The notes under the pieces: generated by a model
Told to the model about the DNA's origin: nothing
Database searches by the model: none
The model's input: only the letters and a program-made list of their open reading frames with translations
Shown: in pieces, positions 56,798 to 64,000 of the stretch
Layout of the letters: each line of letters begins with the position of its first letter
Numbering within the stretch: position 1 is the stretch's first letter
NCBI GenBank assembly: GCA_964555185.1
Contig: CAZKRD010000002.1
Coordinates: 120,438 to 184,437 of the forward strand
Length of the DNA: 64,000 bases
DNA from: an uncultured Candidatus Saccharibacteria bacterium
Lineage (GTDB): Bacteria; Patescibacteriota; JAQUNI01
Direction of reading: 5' to 3'
Translations under genes and position numbers: made by a program

Positions 56798-56873
56798 ATT
56801 TTTATTTTATAAATCAAACAATAGCAAAAAACTTTTTCGAAATTTAAAACTCGAAGTTTTTTAAATTTAAGAA

Positions 56874-57029
56874 TTATTTACAGCAACAGGTTGTTTTGTA
56901 GCAGTCACACTTTGGCGGACAGGTACAGTTTTCGACAGTTTCTCCGCAATCGCAGGGACACATCTGGGAGCTTTTTTTATTCTTTTTTTTATCCGAAAGA
57001 GACTTGGGGTTGCAGATTCTGCAGGACAT
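56874..57029 (-). CDS. Cys-rich metallothionein-like peptide (51 aa, 12 Cys)
   Basis: MSCRIC...CPCDC...CTC..KCDC....CCCK; in-operon position. Confidence 0.6.
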   Translation of the reverse strand: MSCRICNPKSLSDKKKNKKSSQMCPCDCGETVENCTCPPKCDCYKTTCCCK

Positions 57030-57040
57030 AGTAGCATTTT

Positions 57041-57163
57041 TTAATTTCCAATTTCCAATTCTCAATTTCCAATGAATTTTTAATGTTTAAATTTTCAATA
57101 ACAATAAAATGTTTAAAAATTCATTCATTAAAAATTGAATCAAAATTAAGAATTAAGAATTAA
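57041..57163. repeat. Heptamer inverted-repeat element (AATTTCC/AATTAAG type)
   Basis: aatttccaatttccaatt... arm and ...aattaagaattaagaattaa arm overlapping the glutaredoxin stop. Confidence 0.65.
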
Positions 57164-57391
57164 TTTATCGATTTTCTCCCGATCAAATCCTAAAATAACT
57201 TCTTCTTTCTTGCCTTTTTCAATAAGGGTTACGGGTACGCCCATTTGGCCTGATTTCTGGATCATTTCTTCTGCCGCCTTCTGATCTGCGGCAATATTAA
57301 TCTCTTGAAATTCGATTTTATTTTGCTTCAAGTACTCTTTTAACAGAACGCAGTGGGGACAGACAGGCGTGGAGTAAATTTTAATTGTCAT
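57146..57391 (-). CDS. Glutaredoxin-like protein (NrdH/YruB type)
   Basis: YSTP.CPHC, SGQMGVPV, GFD. Confidence 0.92.
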   Translation of the reverse strand: MTIKIYSTPVCPHCVLLKEYLKQNKIEFQEINIAADQKAAEEMIQKSGQMGVPVTLIEKGKKEEVILGFDREKIDKLILNS

Positions 57392-57459
57392 ATCGTTCTT
57401 GGTTTTCTAGTTTAACCAATATTATTATAGCATATTAATTATAATTGTAAATAAAAATA

Positions 57460-57568
57460 AGAGATGGCATATGCTCGTTTATTTATCCTTAGCGAGGAGT
57501 ATAAAGCGTTTACATATGCCATCTCTGGAGACTACGAGAGCGATCTTGACGATCTCGGATTTAGTCTC
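57460..57568 (-). other. Double hairpin (terminator or structured RNA candidate)
   Basis: 14-bp perfect IR agagatggcatatg/catatgccatctct plus adjacent gagacta/tagtctc hairpin; T-rich tail on minus strand. Confidence 0.45.
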
Positions 57569-57601
57569 TGTTAGTCAAGGATTGTATAGGATTTTCGATT
57601 A

Positions 57602-58687
57602 TTAAAACAATTCTCGCGCTAAATCCCAGTAAGCATCATTCCCCTCTTCTTTTTGCCAAGACCACCATTCTACGCCCCAGAGATAAACTTCGGTAAAACC
57701 GCATTGCTTGCTGTAATCTATAATTTCCTGAAATTTTTCCGGGGTCATTGTTTTGGCGATGATTTCGGGGGCTAAGGTTTTAATATCTCCGTGGACCCAG
57801 GGTTCAGCCTGTTGTTCTGAAACAATCACGGGTTTATTGCCGAAAAGAAGGCGCATCAAAGCAACCTTGCGCTGATAAAAAATCGCCGGGATGCGATATT
57901 TCATATAGCCCAAAACCCGGTTATAGACATATTTATATAAAGAAGTGCCAAGGATATCAGCGCGGCGGAATTCGCCGACCCACAAAGAAAGCTCGCCTGA
58001 TGAAGTGAGCATAATCGGTCGGTTATCTAAGGCCCGTACTAATTCGATTTCTGAATCAAAAAATTCCTTGTCTAATTTTGGACAGTTGCCAAAAGAGTGG
58101 AAAAAGAAAGGTTCATTCTCTACTTGCCAGATTTTAATTCCTTCTTTATCTCTATATCGTTCAACAGTTTTTTGAATGATTTCTAAAAGTTCAGTTTGCC
58201 TTTTTTCTTCTTCCAGATTTTTTGCCCATTCTGGGATATGGCATTCGGGCCAGCGCGGCAGTTTTTGGCCCAGAGCCAGAATGATTTCCGCGTTCGCTTT
58301 CTCTGCTTCTTCAATCTGCCAGTCCAATTCAGAAAAATCATAGTTATCTTTTTCTGTCTCGATTAAATCCCAGTAAGCAACTAATCTAAGTTTTTTTACT
58401 TTAAGATCGTGGAGGATCTCCCGGAAGACTTGTTGGGGATCCTGATCATAACCGCGCACGCTTTTAGTAGAAAAAGTAACACCGTACTCAACCTGTTCTG
58501 TTTGTTTTGGAATCCCAATTACAAAATAACCAAAACCCAGAGCCAAGAAACTGAATATTGTTGAGAGAGTTATTATTAAGCAAATTTTTAGGTAACCAAA
58601 AAACAGAATTTTGCATTTTGAATTTTCATTTTGATTTTCCCTCGACCTGAGGCTCAGGACTCGAAGGTTGATTTTTGATTTTTGCAT
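57602..58687 (-). CDS. Membrane-anchored clan GH-A glycoside hydrolase (GH42/GH5-like)
   Basis: YGVTFS, YW..IE, YDF..LDW, WQVENEP, SE.QAEPW, YLWG.EWW. Confidence 0.75.
   Translation of the reverse strand: MQKSKINLRVLSLRSRENQNENSKCKILFFGYLKICLIITLSTIFSFLALGFGYFVIGIPKQTEQVEYGVTFSTKSVRGYDQDPQQVFREILHDLKVKKLRLVAYWDLIETEKDNYDFSELDWQIEEAEKANAEIILALGQKLPRWPECHIPEWAKNLEEEKRQTELLEIIQKTVERYRDKEGIKIWQVENEPFFFHSFGNCPKLDKEFFDSEIELVRALDNRPIMLTSSGELSLWVGEFRRADILGTSLYKYVYNRVLGYMKYRIPAIFYQRKVALMRLLFGNKPVIVSEQQAEPWVHGDIKTLAPEIIAKTMTPEKFQEIIDYSKQCGFTEVYLWGVEWWSWQKEEGNDAYWDLARELF
58639..58667. repeat. CCCTCGAC...GAAGG mini-element
   Basis: Homologous to 51152-51177 (inverted) and 60938-60990. Confidence 0.75.
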
Positions 58688-59580
58688 TATTTGAAGGCCA
58701 GAATCGCTAATCCCAAAGTAATCAGAACCACGGCAATTACTTTTTGCGCGCGGTGGGTTTTAAATTCCTCGGCAAATAATTTAGGCAGTTTTCTTGCTAA
58801 GATTAGAGCAATCAGGATCAAAAAGACGTATTGAATTCCTTGAAGGGCGTTGACGATGGTTACTGATGACGAGAAAATCGCGTAATTCAACATTATAAAA
58901 GAAAGGGCAGCGACTGCGCGTACGCCCAAGTAGCCCACTCCTACTTTCAAGCCCACTTTTTTTGGCGCTTCTTTGATTTGTTTGCGAAAGTGAGGCAAAG
59001 CAAAAATAGCAAGGGCGGCAATAATACTGCCGATCCTGGTCCAGATAAAGCCAGCCCAAAAAGTTCCATTAGTATAGACAAATTTTGTCAAAACAAAAGA
59101 GGCGGCAAAAAAGAAAGCGGCTAAAATGCCCCAGAAGATTCCTTTGCCCGAGAAGATATTATGGCGCCGCCGCTCGGAAGTAATCAAGATGCCGCCTAAG
59201 ATTAATAGGTAAAAAGCAATAAATTGGTTGCCGCTTAACTTTTCTCCCAAAAAAGAATAACTTAAAACAAAAGTAAAGATTGGGATCATTGTGCCGACAA
59301 GCGGGATAACTCGGGAAGTAGGATTTTTTTCAATCGCAAGGTAAAAGAAGACCAAAGCAATCGTAAACAGAATCCCTGCTAAAAGAGCGGTGATAATTGT
59401 TTTGATTTGGGGAGTGGCGGTTGCCAGTGGAATCAGCAAGAGAACAAAAATACTCAAGATTCCATTGTAGAAAGCATAGACCACTGGCGCTTTTACCTCG
59501 CGGGACAAAATATATTTGTCCGCGATAAAAACTAAAGCGGCAAGCAGGTGGGCACAGATGATAAAGAAAAGCCAAGACAT
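58687..59580 (-). CDS. EamA/DMT family transporter
   Basis: 10 TM helices; DKYIL, FLGEKL, VNALQG.QY. Confidence 0.85.
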   Translation of the reverse strand: MSWLFFIICAHLLAALVFIADKYILSREVKAPVVYAFYNGILSIFVLLLIPLATATPQIKTIITALLAGILFTIALVFFYLAIEKNPTSRVIPLVGTMIPIFTFVLSYSFLGEKLSGNQFIAFYLLILGGILITSERRRHNIFSGKGIFWGILAAFFFAASFVLTKFVYTNGTFWAGFIWTRIGSIIAALAIFALPHFRKQIKEAPKKVGLKVGVGYLGVRAVAALSFIMLNYAIFSSSVTIVNALQGIQYVFLILIALILARKLPKLFAEEFKTHRAQKVIAVVLITLGLAILAFK

Positions 59581-59673
59581 GAATTTAAATCAAAAGTCAA
59601 AATGCAAAAATCAAAATGAAAATGTAAAATGTAAAATTTCCTGACGTAAATTATTATTTGGAATTTGTAATTT

Positions 59674-60891
59674 TTATTCGGAATTTATTTGGAATTTGTA
59701 ATTTGTAATTTGGAATTTTTCAATAATCTCCTTATATCTATAAGCCGATTCTCTGGGGGTTCTTTTTTGGGTTTTGTAGTCAATATCCACAAGTCCAAAG
59801 CGCGGAGCAAAGCCGTATGCCCATTCAAAGTTATCGAGTAGTGACCAATGGAAATAACCGTGAACTGGAACATTTTGAGCAAGAGCGCGGCTGATCGCCT
59901 CAATATGTTGTGTTATAAATCGGGGCCGCAGACTATCTTGTTTATCCGCTATTCCATTTTCCGTGATATAGATCGGCAGATTGTATTTTTTTAATTTGAG
60001 GAGAGTTTGATATAGACCTTCCGGATAAATTTCCCAGCCAAGATCAGAAACATTTTGACTTTCGTTCTCGGTTTGATAAAAGGGGCGGTGGAGTGTTGTC
60101 CGGATAAAATCGCGATAGTAATAATTTACTCCCAGGAAGTCGTGATAACCTTTAGTTTTTTTGTAAAACAGATGATTCCAGAATTTGTCAGCCAAGCGGC
60201 AGGCAATTTTATCGAAAAAAGATTTGGCCGGTTCAAAGTAAATAAAGTTTTTAGCAATGCCGACTTGAGCTTCAGGCAGGAGGGCGTGGATTTTGAGGTA
60301 AGCTTTTTTGTGGGATTTGACTAGATTTTTCAATGCCCTTTTAAATTTATGGAAGCTTTTTTCTCCTGGCGGCCATTTCCCCTGCAGATAACCAAATCCA
60401 GCATAGACATTAGGTTCATTAATCGTAATCCAGAGATCAACATAGTCAGAGAATCTTTTGACTGCGGTTTCAACAAAGCGCGTGAAGTAATATCTGCTTT
60501 TGCGGTTTAAAAATCCTCCTTTTTGAGAGAACCAGAGAGGCAGAGTAAAGTGATGCAGAGTAAGCATAACCCTCAAGTCCCGTTCCCGCAGGGCCTTTAA
60601 AACAGCAATGTAGTGATTTATTTCTTTTTCAGAAAATTTTCCTTCTTCTGGTTCAATCCTGCTCCATTCTAAAGACAGCCGATGCGTGTTGTGGCCTAGA
60701 CTTTTTGCCAAATCAAAATCCTCTCGGAATAAATTATAATGGTTGCAGGCTTCCCCTGAAGATTCTAGATTTTTGTGAGTCTGTTCCCATTCCCACCAGT
60801 CATTGTTGCGGTTATTCCCTTCAACTTGATGAGCGGAAGTCGCCGCGCCCCAGAGGAAATTTGAAGGAAAGTTTTTTAATTTTTCTAACAT
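59674..60891 (-). CDS. Glycoside hydrolase family 1 (beta-glucosidase)
   Basis: FLWGAATSAHQVEG, TINEP, ITENG, WSLLDNFEW. Confidence 0.95.
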   Translation of the reverse strand: MLEKLKNFPSNFLWGAATSAHQVEGNNRNNDWWEWEQTHKNLESSGEACNHYNLFREDFDLAKSLGHNTHRLSLEWSRIEPEEGKFSEKEINHYIAVLKALRERDLRVMLTLHHFTLPLWFSQKGGFLNRKSRYYFTRFVETAVKRFSDYVDLWITINEPNVYAGFGYLQGKWPPGEKSFHKFKRALKNLVKSHKKAYLKIHALLPEAQVGIAKNFIYFEPAKSFFDKIACRLADKFWNHLFYKKTKGYHDFLGVNYYYRDFIRTTLHRPFYQTENESQNVSDLGWEIYPEGLYQTLLKLKKYNLPIYITENGIADKQDSLRPRFITQHIEAISRALAQNVPVHGYFHWSLLDNFEWAYGFAPRFGLVDIDYKTQKRTPRESAYRYKEIIEKFQITNYKFQINSE

Positions 60892-60937
60892 ATTGTTCAA
60901 AATCTTTAATTTTTAATTTGTAATTTTTATTTAATTT

Positions 60938-60990
60938 CCCTCGACCTAAGGACTTCGGCTGAGCTCAGTCGAACGCCCTCGGGACGAAGG
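60938..60990. repeat. CCCTCGAC...GAAGG mini-element carrying a further 27-bp palindromic insert
   Basis: ccctcgacctaag[gacttcggctgagctcagtcgaacgcc]ctcgggacgaagg. Confidence 0.8.
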
Positions 60991-61050
60991 TTTATTTTTT
61001 ATTGTTTAGAAATTAAGAATTGCAAATTCAACAAAAATTAAAAATTACCC

Positions 61051-61233
61051 TTAGATTCCCCTAAATAACCCCCCTAAGATTAAAAGTAATGGTGCGCCTA
61101 ACAGCGCATAGATCCCAACCTCATAATCAACTTCCAAAAGAGGCAGAGAAACAACTGTTCCAGAAATACCAACAATCAACAGTCCCAAGGCGGCAATTAA
61201 AGTAATTAAACGAGGAGGGCTGATGAAATTCAT
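61051..61233 (-). CDS. Small 2-TM membrane protein
   Basis: PPR..TLI motif shared with the neighbouring gene; ATGA overlap. Confidence 0.6.
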   Translation of the reverse strand: MNFISPPRLITLIAALGLLIVGISGTVVSLPLLEVDYEVGIYALLGAPLLLILGGLFRGI

Positions 61234-61430
61234 ATGATTTTCAGAATTGAACTAATAAAAAGAAGGATTGTAGAAATGATTAAAGTCCAAATCACTGTCC
61301 AATCAGGGAGAGGCAGCCAAAAATAGGCAATAAGAGCAAAGAGCCACAAACCAATGCCGATAATTAGGGTTGGCGTACGCGGCGGATTCAATCTTTTTTT
61401 GAAAAAAGAATAGAGTTGATTAATTTTCAT
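61230..61430 (-). CDS. Small 2-TM membrane protein (probable paralogue of the 61051 gene)
   Basis: PPRTPTLII, two hydrophobic helices. Confidence 0.6.
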   Translation of the reverse strand: MKINQLYSFFKKRLNPPRTPTLIIGIGLWLFALIAYFWLPLPDWTVIWTLIISTILLFISSILKII

Positions 61431-61909
61431 TTTGTAATATCTATTTTGTGTTTCAATATTTTCTCACCTTTTGAGTCGAAAACAAATTCGGCTTTCAGAT
61501 TTTTACCAGCAAGTACCTTGGGCAGCCAGAGAGAATCATCAATCCACATTTTAGCATAAGGAATTTTACTAATTGGCACCCATTGGGGCTTCATCTCTTC
61601 TGACTCTTTAGGTTTCCCCTGCCATTTATCAATCAAAAATACATGGCACTCTTGATTCCAGTTTTGATCTTCAGGGGCATCATAAAATAGGAATTTTAGC
61701 ACAGCTCGCTGTTTGTAGGCCAAGGGTTTTACACCAATTTCCTCCTTTATCTCACGGATCATGGCTTCATCGATACTTTCTCTTTTGCCTTCTTCTATTT
61801 TACCACCACAACCATTCCATTTTCCGGCTCCAAATCCCCTTTTCTTCATTGCTAAGAGAATCTGATTTTCACGGATTAAGAAAGCGAGTGTTGTTTTTTG
61901 CAATTTCAT
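61427..61909 (-). CDS. 8-oxo-dGTP diphosphatase (MTH1/NUDT1-like NUDIX)
   Basis: KKRGFG.GKWNG.GGK, RE..EE.G, SEEM.P.W, MW.DD. Confidence 0.9.
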   Translation of the reverse strand: MKLQKTTLAFLIRENQILLAMKKRGFGAGKWNGCGGKIEEGKRESIDEAMIREIKEEIGVKPLAYKQRAVLKFLFYDAPEDQNWNQECHVFLIDKWQGKPKESEEMKPQWVPISKIPYAKMWIDDSLWLPKVLAGKNLKAEFVFDSKGEKILKHKIDITK

Positions 61910-61920
61910 GTTGTGTTGAT

Positions 61921-62937
61921 TTACTTTGCAAATTTAATAAAATATTCTTTAGGTTTTAGTTCGCTTAAAATAAGCGATCCCCAATTCTTGTCAGTGTCTG
62001 ATAATCTTTTAATCCCTTCCTTATCTTCGTATAGGGGATCGACAACCCGTGATTTGCAGAAAAGAGAGCTTCCATTCTTTTCAGGGTCATTCATAGGCTC
62101 AATTTTGTTATTCATCCTATCATTAAGAAGCTTCAATCTTTTGTCCTGACTCAAATGAGGCGTGATTTTTTTCAAGACTTCCTGGTCTGTTTTATACAAA
62201 TCTACTTTTTTTATATATTTTTTTTCGAGCGCGTGCTTTAAATAATCCCCAACAGTTTTAAACATTACAGCAGTAGAGAATGCGGCATAGTAAGAGGTAT
62301 TCATTTGGTAGAAAATTTTGGCGAATTCTTTACCGCTTTTAAAATTTCTGAAAACCCATTGTTGATTCTCGACTCGCAAATTATCCAAAAAATAATCTAT
62401 TCGAATTTTGCCTGCTATTTTATAGAAAAAAGCGTCTCTTAACAGATAATCAATTCGGTCAGCACAGAGATCAGGTAAGAGTTTTTCTTTTAAGGGGAAA
62501 TTGGTATCGTCTAAGATATAATCAAGATCAATTTTGTTTTTTTTCAAAATTTTTGCGACTTGAGAGTTCTTGATAAACTCCGGCATCAGGTCGTCTTGGT
62601 GTGATTGGTTTTTCTGGGACTCTTGAGAACCCAAGACAAAATCAATGCAATGCGAAAAACAAGAATGCGAAATATCGTGAATCAAACCCGCGATTTGTTC
62701 AAGTGGCGGCGCGCCAAAATTTTTTAATAAAATATAAACCCCCATGGAATGTTCAAACCGGTTGTGTTTTAGGGGATCAAAGGCAAGATCGCGAAGATTG
62801 GAAAGTTCATAGTATAAATCACCATAGCCGATTTGGTTGATTCCTTTTAGTCTTTGCAGTTCCGGGGTTTTAATAAGATCCAAAATAATCCTTTTTTTGA
62901 TTTCTATCTTTCCATAAATAGAATCTTGGTAGATCAT
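61921..62937 (-). CDS. HD-domain phosphohydrolase (dNTP triphosphohydrolase-like)
   Basis: QRL.GI.Q, RFEHS.GV, HDISH..FSH, ADRIDY. Confidence 0.85.
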   Translation of the reverse strand: MIYQDSIYGKIEIKKRIILDLIKTPELQRLKGINQIGYGDLYYELSNLRDLAFDPLKHNRFEHSMGVYILLKNFGAPPLEQIAGLIHDISHSCFSHCIDFVLGSQESQKNQSHQDDLMPEFIKNSQVAKILKKNKIDLDYILDDTNFPLKEKLLPDLCADRIDYLLRDAFFYKIAGKIRIDYFLDNLRVENQQWVFRNFKSGKEFAKIFYQMNTSYYAAFSTAVMFKTVGDYLKHALEKKYIKKVDLYKTDQEVLKKITPHLSQDKRLKLLNDRMNNKIEPMNDPEKNGSSLFCKSRVVDPLYEDKEGIKRLSDTDKNWGSLILSELKPKEYFIKFAK

Positions 62938-63509
62938 AACACATTAACATTAAACTTTTCTAAGCTCTGAACAAGAGAGCTTAGGGGTAGGCCGACAACA
63001 TTAGAATAGTCTCCTTCAATTTTTTGAATTAAGAGTTGGCCAAGCCCCTGAATACCGTAAGCGCCAGCTTTATCTAAGGGTTGGTCGGTTTTGATATAAT
63101 TTTTGATCTCTTGAGGTTTTAGCTTGCGGAAATAGACTTTGGTCTCGATTGCTTTAGATAAGTTTTTTTTGGTTTTAGTGTCAATGATTGTATAGCCAGT
63201 GATTACAGAATGAACCCTTCCGCTCATTTTAGAAAGCATGGCAAAAGCGTGTTTTCTTGAGCGCGGTTTGCCCAAGATTTTATTCTGGAAAGCAATCAAA
63301 GTATCTGCCGCGATCACAATTGCGTCTTTTTTGTTTTTAGCAACAGCGCGAGCTTTGCCTTGGGACATTGTTACGGCTAGCTTTTTAGGCGTTAATTTTT
63401 TTGTTAAATCTTCTTCATAATCACTTTCTTCAGTAACAAAAGGCAAACTTAAAATTTTAAACAATTCCCTCCGTCTTGGTGATCTAGAACCTAAAATTAT
63501 TTTACGCAT
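62934..63509 (-). CDS. maf: Maf nucleotide pyrophosphatase
   Basis: S.SPRR, ADT, GKP, DKAGAYGIQ, GDY.NVVGLP. Confidence 0.95.
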   Translation of the reverse strand: MRKIILGSRSPRRRELFKILSLPFVTEESDYEEDLTKKLTPKKLAVTMSQGKARAVAKNKKDAIVIAADTLIAFQNKILGKPRSRKHAFAMLSKMSGRVHSVITGYTIIDTKTKKNLSKAIETKVYFRKLKPQEIKNYIKTDQPLDKAGAYGIQGLGQLLIQKIEGDYSNVVGLPLSSLVQSLEKFNVNVL

Positions 63510-63680
63510 AATGATAATTTGTCTATTTTATTATACCAAATTTAACTATTTATGGGAAAGAAATTTGATTAAAAAATGATTCCATGTTTTAATATAGTTT
63601 CTGAAAGTTCTTTGTTAATTGCTTTGTTTTTTTTGAATTTCTTGGGTTCTTTTGAACATTAGAGGAAGGGAAAGTGAGCT

Positions 63681-64000
63681 ATGCGCACATTGATTAAAGC
63701 AGAATTAGTTATCATTGCAATGGTTGCTGGGGGATTCCTCATGAACATGAATTGTATTATAGGAATACAAGAGACTTCAGAGGAACTGGATCTTATCTTA
63801 GCTTTCCAAAGTGGAGTGGTTATCATTTTGATCAGTATCTCGATATCCATTTTGATTTTTTGCAAAATGAAAGATCTGATATATATTCGCGAAGTAGGCA
63901 GTGTAGTATCTGGTTGTTTAGCATTATTGGTTGTCACTCTCTTTGCGGGCAAGTATCAATTACAGCCGCCATATAGGCTGTGGGCAACCATTGGTGGAAT
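63681..64000 (+). CDS. Hypothetical membrane protein, runs off window
   Basis: Purine-rich RBS, then MRTLIKAELVIIAMVAGG... open to the window end, 3 hydrophobic segments. Confidence 0.5.
   Translation, partial: MRTLIKAELVIIAMVAGGFLMNMNCIIGIQETSEELDLILAFQSGVVIILISISISILIFCKMKDLIYIREVGSVVSGCLALLVVTLFAGKYQLQPPYRLWATIGG

Noticed and set aside
1585-63420. Numerous short plus-strand ORFs (60-130 aa) in the ORF track opposite long genes
   Set aside because: Antisense shadows without recognisable motifs
63659-63976. ORF-track calls 63659-63952(-) and 63752-63976
   Set aside because: A plus-strand frame from ATG 63681 with an RBS and TM segments explains the region better

Overview
A gene-dense, mostly minus-strand bacterial window (standard code) with gene content typical of a Patescibacteria/CPR genome; the taxonomy is inference. 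Roughly 1-40 kb is a surface-glycan region: GT2/GT4 glycosyltransferases, Wzx/Wzy/Wzz-like proteins, rml and ugd genes, a UDP-xylose synthase, two AsnB-type amidotransferases, two SAM methyltransferases and three B12-binding radical SAM enzymes. A putative cobalamin-capture pair (DUF4430-like lipoprotein plus ECF S-component) and a SAM-by-product salvage pair (MTAP plus APT) are embedded in it. The rml operon has unusual fusions (YqeK-RmlD; Phd-like-RmlA). Next come htrA, valS and ddl, a group 3b-type NiFe-hydrogenase operon with degenerate HypA/HypC, a redox/repair cluster (trxB, mutM, rtcB, ferredoxin, a 12-Cys peptide, glutaredoxin), two glycoside hydrolases and nucleotide-sanitising genes. 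The most striking non-coding signal is a layered set of palindromic repeats. AT-rich heptamer-periodic inverted-repeat elements occupy many intergenic gaps in both orientations, GC-rich mini-palindromes are nested inside some of them, and several copies lie in frame inside genes (valS, ddl, a radical SAM gene). No transposase, CRISPR array, tRNA or rRNA was recognised. Family names come from motif recognition, not database searches.
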